A stretch of 62,995 nucleotides of DNA, counting the filler, from Sphacelaria rigidula (Eukaryota), in assembly GCA_964200075.2 (NCBI GenBank). It is 6 parts of 6 records of this genome, joined end to end, with 100 filler letters (N's around TTAATTAATTAA, not from the genome) between each part and the next. Parts side by side here need not be neighbours in the genome. Positions count along the whole stretch, not along the records: positions 21,034 to 31,449 come from CAXNAA020006529.1; positions 31,550 to 41,965 come from CAXNAA020006530.1; 4 more parts are not named here. One strand, 5' to 3'. The first letter of the stretch is position 1, and each line of letters opens with the position of its first letter. The notes beneath the pieces are model-generated. The model was not told the DNA's origin, made no database searches, and saw only the letters and a list, made by a program, of their open reading frames with translations. A program made the position numbers and the translations under genes. This document shows, piece after piece, positions 26,256 through 39,700 of this stretch.

Positions 26256-26592
26256 TATATATATATATATATATATATGCATATTCTTCCCCTCACATTT
26301 TGAATCCCTCCCCTTCCTCGGGATGAGTCCATGGTCACAAGGGATCAACCCATCTCTCCCCCGGTACGCGCCTTTCATTTTGGTCTCGCGGATTGGATTA
26401 GCACCACTTCCGGACCGCGTCAACTCACGTCACACGAACCCAGTCGACTACTTTGGTTTACTCACGTTCTCACGCTTTTCCACGGTGGAAATCATACATT
26501 ACGAAGAAAAAAACCAACGCATCGGGAATCGAACCCCCGTCCTCTCCACCCTAATGGCGACAGTCGGACCATTACACCACCGGGGCGCGGCG
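26256..26592 (-). mobile_element. tRNA-derived SINE family B
   Basis: Minus strand: TGGTGTAATGG A box, GGTTCGATTCC B box; body shared with 36862-37200; (AT)n tail. Confidence 0.75.
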
Positions 26593-27311
26593 GTTGATTG
26601 TTGAAAAGGCAGTATGCCGTTTCGTCCTGTGCTGCGGGACACCTAATGCGCTGTCTGTAGTGGTGTCGGTGGAGTGTGATTCAAGCTGACGCTTATTTTT
26701 TGTTTTCATCTACTGGTGTACTACTCAAATACACGCAACCGGGTGGTGCGGCGCTATGTGCTGATATAAACTGAAATCCGGCCACAATCCTGGACGCCCT
26801 GGACAATGGAATACTCTGTCAAAAAGTGTACTGCGTACAGTATCGACTATTGCTAGGCTTCTACTGATTATGCTAGCACGGTTTTTGAAAATTCGTTCAT
26901 CTTGAAAATAATGTGGGGTCGCTACTAAGTAAAACCGTGCCAGCATAATAAGTAGAAGCCCAACTGTTGTGCCTATTGCAATAGACAATAGGTTCCACAC
27001 TGTACGCAGTATATTTTCTTGCAATGAAATCTCTTGTCCGGGGTGTGCAACGCTGAGTTGTCATGCGTGGGGCGCTGGAATTCAACACCTTCTGCTGGTC
27101 GTCGTCATTCGCCCTCGCAGTTCAGGCAGCCTGCGAAGTGACGTCACGAAATCACCACCTGTAAGGGTTACTGACATTACTTTTACCCAATATGTGGGTT
27201 AGAGTATCAATATCATACCCAAGTGATACTCTGTACCTACGCAAAAGTGCTGAGAGCACTCACCTCATTTTGGGCCGAGTATTGACTATATACCCCAACA
27301 CTAACCTCTTA

Positions 27312-27892
27312 CTTCCTCTTTGCCCGAAGTCAAGGTCCTTATGGGTGTTTAATCGTTTGGGTACGTATTTCAACGCTGACGATCATCCTATCTATGGTTG
27401 GGTTCGTTAGAGAGGTGAAGCGCAGACAAAGTTGGTCAAGAATAATCTCGAAGAAAAAAAAAAATCACCAAAATATCCCAGTTGGACCCTCTTTGATCTA
27501 TTTATGCCCCCATTCGTTGACCGATTTCGGACGTTTTCACGTCAAGCACTAGCAATTACATGCTAAAAAGATGTTGGATAGGGCGTGCGTAGGTCAACGT
27601 CAACGGTGGTTTCGCGATTTTCATATTTTCTGGCCCATTTTCCGAGATTTTTCGTGTTCCCTGCTCTCTCATGCTTTCCCTGGGGAAGCGAGCGAAAAAT
27701 GGCCATTTTTGGACCGACCTACTTTTTCTCAGCCGCGAGGTTGCATGGGTCAGGCACCCACGTTGTAGAAAAAATGTCGGTTTTTAGGTGAAAAAAAACG
27801 CCGACGAATGCAATAAAAAGTTCGAAATGCAAAAACCACACCGTTAAGGGCCCATGCAATCATAAGGGTTTTTACACATGGCACAGGGGAAG
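27312..27892. mobile_element. Diverged inverted copy of the Stowaway-like MITE
   Basis: Body is the reverse complement of 4610-5150; ends TA|CTTCCTC ... GGGGAAG|TA. Confidence 0.8.
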
Positions 27893-29549
27893 TATTTGGG
27901 GATGGTGTTGACGTCACGCCCAACTCTACCCAATAGTTGGGGTAGAATATTTGAAAGGTCGTACTTGATCTACCCGGGTGTTATGCTCGGGTGCTCAAGA
28001 GTACATACCCTACCTAACATGCCCTTGCAACGTGGTAGACAATCAACAAGTACGGTTGAGACAACGCGACATACGTGCAAGACAACGCGACATACGTGCA
28101 AGACAGCGCTGTCCCGAAGATTCGGAACTGTGAAAAAAACATAGATTGACAAGAGGATGGATGGTGATCGTATATATCGTTGCAGTGGTGGCTACTGTTG
28201 TGCACCACTCGCAAAATTATGGAAGCACGTACCCCACGAATGATCATCCCCTTTGCGTGGAATCGACGTTCTCCTGCCCCGCACAAAATGATTTAGCTCG
28301 ACCACCATCATGGTTACCGCAAAAAAAACCCGCCAGCGCCCAAAAAAATCGGTAACCTGGTGGCCTACCTTACGCAGTCAGAGGCGTTTTTGACAGCATC
28401 GTTGCCAACTGACGCCAACTCCATAGGGGGGGGGGGGGTCACAATCCGAGGGTTAGATCTCATCGCGCCTGGTCGTGAAGGTGTGTGTGTGTGTTTTCGG
28501 CCTGGTTATTGTGGAGGCTTTGAAATAGTCGCTGAAGTCAGTGATCCAACGCCGATGTAAAAACAAGGTTCCAAGTCCGCCGCATCAAAACCACACATCC
28601 ATGTCATGGTCTTCCTCCATTATTCCTTCATCACATGTCCAATGGCCACAGTCCAACTGTCCGTGGGACTCTGTGGCCCTATTCTCGGAACAGAAAGCCT
28701 TGGGCGCTCCACGAGCTAATCTATTCGTGACAACGGTCCTTTTTACATCTACACCATGTCGTTTTGTTCGACTTTTTTTTTCAGCGAGTATTTCAGTGTT
28801 GTTTTGGGTACGTCTATCGGGAGACCACGGCTGGATCCCCGTGGGGTCAATGGAAGTGGGACAATCAATCAAATCAACCATGGGCAACTATTCCATCCTC
28901 CTTGCCCCCCCCCTCCCCTACAATGCCGCCTCGAAAGCGATGCGTGTCGAATGGTCAAATGGCTAAGGCAAACAACAAATGAATACACGCGCCGTGAACG
29001 AAGCTGGCGTCGAATCATTTGATGCATTAGACAGTGTTGAAAAAACGATGGCTATACTAGGTGATAGCCACAGACGGCGAAACAGGACCGGGATAAGATA
29101 TGTAGAGGGCTTTTGTGTAATTATGGAAGAACGTAATGAGCACCTAAATGTTGGAGGTGTCTTTAGGACGAGTAGTAACGGTGCTCCGTCTCGAGAGCGA
29201 TGCGTGGTCAATGATCAAAGGACTATGGCAAGCAACAAATAAATAAACGCGCCCCTTCAAAGTGCGGCCAACTGGCGGCTAGGCGCCAAAATGGTTAAAC
29301 AAGAAAAATCGACGTTAGGCGAATATTACGACACGATATACGAGCTGGGCCAGGGGAGAAGCGATTTTGTAGTTTGCGGGCCCATTGTGCGGCCAATATT
29401 TAGAGTTGGACCCTGAAATTTGGTGTGGGGCATAATAAAAACAAATACCAATGCACACGATTTTTTTTTTCCAGTAGTTACGGGCATCTTACTGATACAG
29501 GCTGGTTCACGGAAAAAACCCAATAGGCACTCATCGGCAGAATTTCACG

Positions 29550-30490
29550 CCGTTTTGAGGAGTTAGACCCTGAAATTTTGCACAGGTGTTCTATGGGTCA
29601 TTACGCAACTTTCCAAGGTCGAGTTTGTTTGTTTTTGCTTCTGGACTTTGTTCACCGTTTTCCGGCGTCTCGGTTTTTTCGGGAACAATTTAATCCAGTC
29701 AGACCCCCGTAAAACGATAAAAACGAACAAAATCCAAAAACCTTGTGCATCCGAAGTTGCGTAACCCTGAAATTTCGCACAGGTGTTCTACGGGTCATTT
29801 CCCAACTCTCCACAAAATCCAAAAACCTTGTGCATCCGAAGTTGCGTAACCCTGAAATTTCGCACAGGTGTTCTATGGGTCATTTCCCAACTCTCCTCAA
29901 GGTCGATGTTTTTTTTGCTTTTTTTACCTTTTTCAACGTTTTTCCGGCGTCGCAGTTTTTTCGGGAACACTTCAATCCAGTCGGACCCCCGTAAAACGGT
30001 AAAAACGAATAAAATCGAAAAACCTCGTTCATCAGAAGTTGCGTCATTACCCATAGAACACCTGTGCAATTTTTCAGGATCTAACTCCTTAAAACGGAGT
30101 GAAGGTTTTTGCGTTTGTGCGATGAACCTTGCCGTGCCAGGGTGAAACGACAAACTACTAGATTTTAGTAGGAAAATGGGTTTTTTGGGCCTTCGTTGAC
30201 GTCAACATGAAAATTCAAGCACCACTCACTCGAGTTTGGCCACGAAACCTTGTGGATTTTTTCCTTGGGTTTTGCGGCGATAAAGCGTTTGCGAGAGAAA
30301 TGAACAAAAAAAGCGTAGTGCCGGTTTTTCCGGGGTCCCAGAATGAACGACTTCGAAAAAACGACTTGGATCCCGTCGGACCCCCGGAAAACGGTAAAAA
30401 AATTAACAAGTAGAAAAACCTCGTTGATCGAAACGTGCGTCATTATGCATAGCATATTTGTGCAAATTTTCAGGGTCTAACTCCTAAAAA
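29550..30490. repeat. Modular direct and inverted repeat element with an 85-bp tandem duplication
   Basis: CCCTGAAATTT.GCACAGGTGTTCTA module at ~29570, 29765 and 29850 and inverted at ~30050 and 30450; 29731-29815 duplicated at 29816-29897. Confidence 0.8.
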
Positions 30491-30799
30491 CTTCTCAAAG
30501 ATTGAAGCGAGGCTCCCTGAGTCTTTCCCACGTATCATGAGAGGAAATTCGACGACGCCAAACTCCACGTCACCGAAACATTACGGTTTCGGGTATAATT
30601 CGACCTCGTTGGAACCATTTCGATTCTGTTTCTCCCGTTAGATTACTGAGGTGATGACGGTCACCACGATTTGAAGCATGTGGAGATTCGGTGGAAACTG
30701 GACTTGGAATTCGTATTTTCACATTCGGAACAATTTGAAAGTCGCTGATTGGTCGAGACACATTTTTGTCCATAGCGCCTCCGCTGTGGCCTTGAACAT

Positions 30800-31395
30800 A
30801 AATCCGGCTGTCATCCTCTTCGTCTGTTCATTGCGGTCAGTATGGTACCATGTACGCGACTATTGCGTGCGTATTGCAGAAGGTATTTGCTGATGACAGA
30901 ATTTTGGGTTTTTCGCGTGAACCAGCCTGTACCTGAAAACTGTTCATCCCTCTCAACTCAGGGAGCGGAGAGGTTCATGACCGCATGGCACAGAAATGAA
31001 GAGGAGGCCAGCCGACTGCGTGCGATTAGACGGGAGACCAACGAAGCCCACATAGCACCGCAATGACGACGGTCCACAGAAAGGGGGGTGGGGGGTGAAC
31101 CCCCCCGATGAGGGTGTGGTTATGTCATGCGGTGCTTGTCTTGATATGCTTGGTATGCTTATACGTATGGCTGTCCCTTGAGAGGTCGAAATATGGAACC
31201 TTGAGTCTCGCCCGTGGTCGGACCTCATGTTCATTTCTTTCGGCCTCGCGAGTCGAGTTGGAAAGCCGGGTGCCACCCCCTGAAGTCCGAATGGCCACTT
31301 GAGGCACCGCATCTTCTGACGTTCGCCATATGTTTTCTCTCTCTCTTCTTCATTATTTATCCCTGTTTTGCGTGTATCGCGTTTTGTGAATTTTA
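30800..31395 (+). mobile_element. Possible LINE 3' end (ORF C-terminus plus 3' UTR)
   Basis: GAERFMTAWHRNEEEASRLR resembles RTE-type LINE C-termini (from memory); followed by a G-rich UTR-like stretch and a T-rich tail. Confidence 0.3.
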
Positions 31396-31398
31396 ATA

Positions 31399-31449
31399 CT
31401 TCCTCTGTCCCATAAGTCTGTATCGTTATGTTTGTACGAGCCCTTAACG
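31399..31449. mobile_element. Terminus of a third Stowaway-like MITE, cut by the contig end
   Basis: TA|CTTCCTCTGTCCCATAAGTCTG. Confidence 0.8.
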
Positions 31450-31549
31450 NNNNNNNNNNNNNNNNNNNNNNNNNNNNNNNNNNNNNNNNNNNNTTAATTA
31501 ATTAANNNNNNNNNNNNNNNNNNNNNNNNNNNNNNNNNNNNNNNNNNNN
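31450..31549. other. Artificial contig spacer
   Basis: Same N44-TTAATTAATTAA-N44 structure. Confidence 0.98.
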
Positions 31550-32258
31550 CCATAGGAATGTTCGAATTCCGATGCGGTCCTCTAAGCACGCGGTCCTCTC
31601 ACGCATTACACTCCAGCGTACATTACACCATGTTCGTCGCATAGTGTCCAAATACACAACGGCACAGCGACAACTACAGCATGGAAATGACGGATGTGGG
31701 AAACACCTTGTTCGTTTGACGCAAGAACAAGCAGCCAACACACCGTGGAGGTTTCAACAGCTGTAGACATCACTCCGTGTCGACAAGCATGGTTTTCTAT
31801 CTATTGAGACGAACGCACTGACAATAAAGGAACTCATGCAGCCCCAGCGGAGACCAAACCGTCTTCTTCGCGAAGGTCTGAACACACCACAGCGCAGTGG
31901 CAGCTACAACACACCGAGAGAGGGCGCGAGTGTGTTTGTTCTGCAGCCCAGTACAGTAAAGGAGGACATTTGCCATGCGATACTTCTCCCCCTGACTTCA
32001 GACGGGTCCCCAATTTTTGGCGAGTGTGGATTTTACACGCTCGACCATCATCGCGCTTAAAAACTTTCAATTCACTTCGAGTTGGTCACCCCGATGTATG
32101 GAAAGTGAGCCTGCACCTGGGGTGCGAAGTTGAAAAGAGTTCCCAATGATTGATTCGTACGGTATGGATCAATTAAACCAAATGCAAGTGATTTCCGGAC
32201 CAATCATTGTTGATCCGACCCTTGCTATGCTGGTTGCAGGTTTTACTATACAGTAGTT

Positions 32259-32619
32259 CACACACGGCCATTTGGCTACCCCCCAAAATGCCTCCGGAGA
32301 GACGTGCGGCCCTCCAGAGGCAAAACAAGCCTCCGGAAGCCTTCAATGCCTCTGGAGGAAAACAAACACTACCGACCCGGAGGGTCGCGCACCCCTCCGG
32401 AGGAATTCGGGGGTAGAAAAATGCCTTCGGAGAGATGCGTGGCCCTCCAGAGGCAAAAGTAAGCCTCCGGAGGCGTTTAATCACTTTGGAGGAAACCAAA
32501 ACGGTTCCTCTGGAGAGCCGCGCACCCCTCCGGAGGCGCGTTCAATTCCTCTAGAGGCTCGAAAAGTAAAAGTTAACCGACCTGGAGGAATTTGGGGGGG
32601 AGCCAAATGGCCGCGTGTG
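32259..32619. mobile_element. Second copy of the CAC-terminated MITE
   Basis: Same TIRs and body as 19244-19575; flanked by TT...TT. Confidence 0.8.
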
Positions 32620-33682
32620 TTGGTAAAGTTATAACTATATACAGACTCGTGTGTGGGCCATCAACCCCTAGACCGCGGTGCGGGCAGTCCATCCGGATCA
32701 CTCGTGCGTTTTTCAAGAGAATATTGATGCCGATTCCGCAGATGACCTACCCTCGCGGTCTGAGGGTTGAGCAATAATGTAGTCGGCACGGCATCCGCGC
32801 TGCCGCCAGCTTCATTCATCTCGACCGAAACGGTACTACAGCCTGCAGATAATCAAGCGTCTCGCAATAGACATCGCCGGGCCTTGGGAGTTTTGATCAC
32901 GATTATCGTGGAGCACAACAGTATCACGCGTTTCATAACTTGCTTCATGTGTAGGCCCCACAATCAAGCGTGAACATGACGGAATTGTGACCTGCGAAAA
33001 TGAACGCACACTCACGTTTCACCTTCAATATTTTAGGCAGGTCCCGGGTAACAGTTTAGTTTAACCTTCGAGACTAGTACGGACTCTCGCCCTGAGGAAA
33101 GGGGAGAAGTTGAAAGCACGATGAACTACGAAGATTGAAAGAATGGATATAACATGCAGTAGCGCCACGAGAAACTGAAAAATCAGGCTTAGCCTGAGTT
33201 CCTTATGATGCAAATGCCTACTGTATTGGACTTGGCGTAGCGGTCGTCGCTGAGGCTGAACACAAACTTGTATATTGGACAATCTCAGCCTGATTTTCTC
33301 ACAGCCTCGTTTCTTTATGAAGGTGGGGGGGCGGGGGCGGGGGCTACTGTAATGGTGAAGGTTGAAATGTGCAGACGGTTTAGATGTTTATGGTACTTCA
33401 CTGTGCTCCTTCGTTTCACGGTGCAGCAAGGTGTGGCAAGATCTCGGTTCTGATTGCTGTGCTGTTTTTCACATTTCGCCGATTTTTGTCGATGGCACGT
33501 CTGCATGCTTTACCCAGCGCAGTATACAAAGATTTTCTTGTCCCTCTACTCGTGGTCTCTGTCATTGTGTTGAGTCTGATCAATACTGGAGCACTGTGCC
33601 AGCACACACGCGCGCGCACACACACACACACATCACCATTTCGCAACGTCCGTCGCCGTCTGATACGAACGTATCTCGACAG

Positions 33683-33789
33683 GTGAACGAGATCTACGAG
33701 CGGTATGTACCCGGGAGTTGGAGCAAGCCCACCCCGGACGCCGAGCAGCAACATCGGGAGCAATGGATCATGGCCAAGTACAAGTATAG
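33683..33789 (+). CDS. Exon with ArfGAP-type C-terminal motif
   Basis: gacag|VNEIYERYVPGSWSKPTPDAEQQHREQWIMAKYKY-R|gtgagt resembles the ArfGAP N..E....KP......RE.(F/W)I..KY pattern; phase 2 joins the next exon. Confidence 0.75.
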
Positions 33790-36700
33790 GTGAGTCTGCC
33801 AATACTACCGTTGTGCTTTGTGTCTTGGTCCAGCGTATTTATACACAGGTGAAACCGAGAACGTGCTCATAGCTTGTTCTCCTTCTAGCATGGGGTCAGC
33901 TGCAGGTTCTACCATGTGCCTATGGTGGTATCCGACTGGAAAGCGATTTCGCTTTGGTCGTTTCGCGTCGGGAGGGCCTGCCAGGATCAAGTCGTTGTTC
34001 TCTCAACTTGTGGTGCAGATAAGATCCACAGGAGCAGGTTCAGGCGACGCTTCTTGTCTCTCTCTTACTTTCGCTGCTGTGTGTGTAAACGGTCTAACGG
34101 CTTGAGTACCTCCCCTTCCCCCCTCGCCCGGTCATTCCCGTTCCAACAGTAGGTTTGTTGTTGTCAGCTGCTCATAATCTAGGCAAGCCATCTAGATATC
34201 ATTTGACGCCTGGGCACGCCGCAATGCTATTTTTAAAAGGTATAAAACTCGTTCATGTTCCGCCTACTTGTCTCTGTCTGCACTCATATCGCATACTTCA
34301 CTGAGCATGTCAAAAGGGTATGTTAATACCTGCCCCCCCTTGTGCTCCGCGTCACCAAAGGGATGCGTGGTCAATGTTCGAACGACCAAGGCAAGTAACG
34401 AATGAGTACCCCCTCCCTCCCGCACTCCCTCGCTGCCGCCGCCCACGCACTCCTCGACCTACATCTCAGATATTTCATGCTGCCTCACTACGGAGAGGAA
34501 GGCGTGGACGCTGCCGGGTATCAGAGCCCCAACTCTGTGTCGCAGACGTTGCCCATGCGTCTCGTCGACTACTTCGTGAGTGCATAGTGTGTCGAGCGAG
34601 GGGTGATGGGGGGGAGGGGGGGGGTGTACTCACTTGCTGCCTGCCTCAGTCGTTTGACCATTGACCTCGCGTCCCTTTCGAGACGGAGCAGGGGGGGGGA
34701 GGGGGAAGTACGGGGGATATGAGGCAAGGTATGGCGGAAACAGGGGGTGGGGGCGGCAGCGGCAAAGACAGTATCCGAGTTAGTATGTGTGATGTTACGA
34801 AAACTGTAGTATCGAGTGCGCGGTAACTGTTTGCCCCCAGCACTTCCTTGAGCAAGTATTCGTACAGAACGCACACGTACGTGAGTGTCTATATCGCTGT
34901 GTAGGTGATGGGTGTACCATCATTGTGTCCTACGCTGGTGCCTACGTTCCGTTAGCGAACGGCGTGGGTAAACAGTGAAGACTTTCGTTCCGTGACTTCA
35001 AACGCAGGTTGTTGTGGGCGCCGGCGAGTTGCTGCTGGAGGATAGGGTGACCCCTTCGAGCAGCCCCAAGGACATAGAGTTCCGCGAGGAGGTTCGAGAC
35101 TGCTTCCCCGAGGCAGACAGTCACCTAGGGTACCCACTACCAGAGCATTTGCCACAGGTGATGTCAGCGTAGTTAGGCAATGGTTCCGAGTTAAGCCAAC
35201 AACGGTCAGTGTATTGTACAGGGAAACGATATGCTGACGGCGTGCTTGACGGCCGTTTCTCCGTCGACCATTTGTGCACGTACGCCTCGCCGATTGGCTG
35301 AAGCTCGAAGTCAATGTTGAAAGGTATATAACACTGCGGTGTTCACCGGCAGTGTTGAAAAATGGCAGGAGGAGTGATATCGGAGTACGTAATAGGTATT
35401 GCCGGTAACGGTAACTGTACCGGACCGAAGCGCGATCGAGGCAGGAGAGTATTCATTCGGCCGACCTCAATTGTTTTCTGGAATTGTTCTTGCGTGTGTC
35501 AGTTACTGCTTAAGCTCAACAGATCTCCGCATACCCCCCCGTCCCCGTCCCCATCGCCGTCCCCGTCTCCATCCCCGTCCCTATACCTATCCACGTCTCT
35601 CCTTCTCCCCTCGCTCCTTTGCCCCTCTTGGTATGTGTCTTTCTCGCTTCGTGCGAATGTGTTTCTCGGATGCTGGGGATAATTACGGCAATGGCTGATG
35701 GTTTCGAACAATAACCAATTCGGCGATGCAAATTATTGTGATCTTGATTGGATGATGATCGCTCACGGATGAAATAAAATGCCAATGGAACGACAACGCT
35801 CACCAACCGATTGCCATACGGATTGGATCATGACCAAATATGGACGCCAACATCATGGATTATGGCGACTGGTGCATGCGCTATTTGCTGATCGGATGAT
35901 GGATAATCAACCAACGGCTGATGCCATGGATGGTGGCATGATGATGACCAATGCTGGTGACATGTGGAATGGATAATAACACAACAGTTCGTATTTCCGG
36001 ACGGCATGCGTCTTCAGACGGAAGAGGGGCCACCAACGATGTTTCATTTCGTGCTTACGAATAGCTCTGGGCTAAAGATGCACGGTGCCGCGCTCCACGT
36101 CACAGAGGAACTCGACCCCCACGATCTAGGCAACAAGGTGTCGAAGGCGCTCACTGACAGCGCCGCCAGCGCAGCTAGAGGAGGCGGGGGGGGCGAGGGC
36201 CGCAGGAAGAATGGGTTAAGGGATCGGGGCTGCGCGCCGTTGAGTCCTGCTCACTTGCCATCATGGTTGAGAGATACGGTGAGGGGTGTTCGTACGTGTT
36301 GATGGACAACGACAGGACGGGAGGGAAATATGCATTTGATTCGGTAAGCAGTGTGGAGAGCACTCCCTATGCGGTCATGGGGTTTCATGATTCCGATCCC
36401 CTATTTGAACGCCCACGATATGTCATTTCCCATGGCCAGCAGCTTGCGACCTGTCTGGTCTCCCAGGAAACGTTCACGCTCTCCAGGACGGAATTTTTTT
36501 TTTCTTTCCGTCACACTAGTACCGGGCATCCCGGTGGCTCAGTTGGTAGCCTCTAATTCTGATGGTTGGGACGTGGGTTCGATTCTCGGTGAAGTCACAC
36601 GATCCTGGGCTTTTTGTCACATCATGCTCAACAGTGGAGAGCGACCATGTCGTGAGTACACCAAGTTCGACGTCACGATCGACGAGGCATGGGGACTGTC

Positions 36701-39700
36701 GAACCGTTCTTGCGATGAAAAGGAGTACTAATAAGTGTAATCGAACCACAAAGACTCGTGTGTTGACCTTCCTCCTGTGTAACCCCGGCTGATGCGCCCA
36801 CATTATAACGAAAGGTGTAGACTGGACTCCAGAATAGATGGGATGGCACCACACGCACACATGCTTTCAACCCATTTCCTTCCTCGGGACGAGTCCGTGG
36901 TCTCAAGCGATCAACCCGTATCTCCCCTCGGTACATGCCTGGCAATTTAGTCTCGCGGATTGAATCAGCACTCCTGAACCGCGTCAACTCTCGTCAAATG
37001 AACTTGAGCCGAATGTACTCCTTTTGCTACCCACGTGCGCCCTCACGTACATCCTCATGCTTTCGATGTCGGAAATCAAAAACATCGACGAAAAGGATCA
37101 ACTGTATTTGGCGGAAATCGAATCCGCGTTTTTTCCCCTACCTTATCGGTAACGTTTCGACCATTAGACTATTAATATTAGACAGAACACCGCGGCCCGG
37201 CGGCTGTACCTTTAACCCTCTGGGAATCAAATGACGATTTATTTTTTTCAAACCGGCATCATTTTGACCTGAAAATGATGCTGATTCACAAAAACAAAAA
37301 TCGTCAGTGGGTTCGAAAAGGTTAAACGTTTATCGGGAAAAAGGATTCGATCGTCCCTTTCCCTTCCCTTGTCGACAGTTTACTCACGGGATAATCGGTT
37401 TCCACTGTTGAGGCATGCTGTGATGGGGAAAAACAAACAAACGTTCTAGTGAGTTCTCCGAGGGTCGAACTCACAAGCCAACCGTTTCAAGATTTTTCGA
37501 GGTTGTCATCTGAACCACCGCGGCGACCGGTAGTGGACTAACACGCAGGAATCCGCCAAGTTGGTGTCGTGAAATTAGGGTCTCCGTGTTCGAAACTGTT
37601 TTTTGTCGTGTCAGCTTTTGAATGTTGAATGCTGCTCTTGTGAAAAATTCTCGTGAGAAGTTCAAGTGGATTTTGCCTCCCGAACTCTCTGAGCGTGTAA
37701 TTGACCCCCGAGGCGATAGAGGAAAGCAAGCGGCGAACGTCTCATCTCGCATATTTTTCGCCGTTCGAAGACGGCTGTGGCTGGCTGTGGCCGAAATCCC
37801 TAATACTGTATTGTACTCCGAATTCAACTTATGATGCAGAGCGATATTTGGGCCAAAATACTCAGCTCAGTTCTCCGAATTGGAAGCCGAAGTTTCGATG
37901 CATGATTACGAGGAACTCGCCGAGACAGGGTTCGACCCGCCCTATTTATCCTTTTCTCCGGCTCCCCTCCGACTCATAATCCACCGGATCCTGCTATCCG
38001 AGAAAGATATCTCGGCTTGGAGGTATTTTTTCGTGCTGCAGCGATGCAGCTTTCACCGCTGCTGTACAGGACTGTTTCCTGTGTATCCCACCGAACGTGG
38101 GAGAGATACCTGTACGGTGTGAAGGAGAGGGGTCCCCTTCCGTCGGTGCCATCTTAAAACCCAATTGCTCGGCAGCTCGGAAATTTCGTAGCTATCGAGG
38201 AGCGAAATATCGGAACCGAGCAAAGGAATAGCCAACACTTCCACTGAATATTAGATTACATCGAATGCTACTCTCAGTGATAACGCCAAATTGCACCAAA
38301 TTTCACCTGTCACAATAAATGTGAAATTACCCCGATGCCACTTTCAAGTTGAAGGTGACACCACACCCAATTTCAATTTCAAAGTGAACCACGGCGTTAC
38401 ACCCAATTTCACTTTGAAAGTGGTGAATTTTGGAATGTTTCAAGAACATTCCTGCCGAGAATAGAATGCTCGAAGGCAACTGTACACCCACGGATGGATA
38501 ATGACGATGTTTTTTTCTTCTTCACAAATCGTTGTATGAAGTTTGTCGCGTCATCCATGATGCACATATGTACAACGACCCTTGTACCGTCTACATGATT
38601 CATTCACAACAGATGGCAACGCCGGAGAGGACGGGTACCGACGAGCGTGCAAGGCGGCGCGCTGAACAGCATTTTCCGCAGCTTTACGGCCAAAAGGCCT
38701 TGGTGCTGGTCAGCCATTACCCGTTTTACAACCTGTACACACAGTTCTTGCAGCAGGTGCGTGTTCATATCACCCTCCAGTGTATGTCATACCCCAGCTC
38801 GTCATTACACAATTGTGTCATGTTCCAGCGTACGTGTGCCATGCTCCAGCGTGCGTGTGCCACGCTCCAGCGTGCGTGTGGCATGCTCCGGCGTGCGTGT
38901 GTGGCATGCTCTAACGTACGTATATGTGGCATGCTGTAGCGCGCACGTGCGTGGGTCATACTTCGGTGTAGGTATACCCCTTCCCGAGCCATGCTTCACA
39001 GCAAGTTTCTTAGGTTCCTCCTAGGTTCCTCCCGTTTTTCTAAGAGGGTTGCCGAAAGCCCCCCTCCCTCGCCCAATGTCTCCTTTTGCGCTGCCATTTT
39101 CGTGCTTGTACTGTTACGCTCTCGTTCCCTTCACTAGTGTACACTTCGTATATCCATATATGTATATATGTAGTCAAAGTCTGTAGTCCCGAGTATTTGG
39201 GGGGTTTGTACACGTGGGCCCCGCACAACACACATATCGTCTGTCGCATCGAGCAGAGTTCCGGCAAAGCAACATGACAACCGGAAAGGGAGCTCCCTAA
39301 AGAGCTCCCTTCGTGCCGAGCAAGTGGGCGCAGGTAGCACAGACCGTTCTTCACACTGTTCATAGAACGACGCAATAGCGCCGTCAGGTGCGTATGTATG
39401 TATATTTGGTTCTCGTCCGGTTCCGTTCTGATCTGCCCTGTTGTGCGTAACTGTCTTTGAATCTTCCCCGTCGTTTTGCCTCTTTCGCTTTTTTTTTTCA
39501 ATTTGTGTGTTTTTTTATGTTCGACGGGTTTCGTGTGTTCGGCGTTGGTGTTGGCGTGGGTGTGGTTGGGGTGAAAAAGATCTACCGCATAGGACTGAGC
39601 GAGGCGCCTTTACCCATCGAGCGTTACATCAGCAACTTCGTGTGCGAAGTGCCGCTGCCACCTCAGGGGCAGGTGATGTACATGTATCTGTAGTGTTACT

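Noticed and set aside
36521..36600. tRNA gene (also 24328-24405, 18540-18610, 26515-26592)
   Set aside because: A and B boxes are present, but there is no convincing cloverleaf and each continues into a shared SINE body
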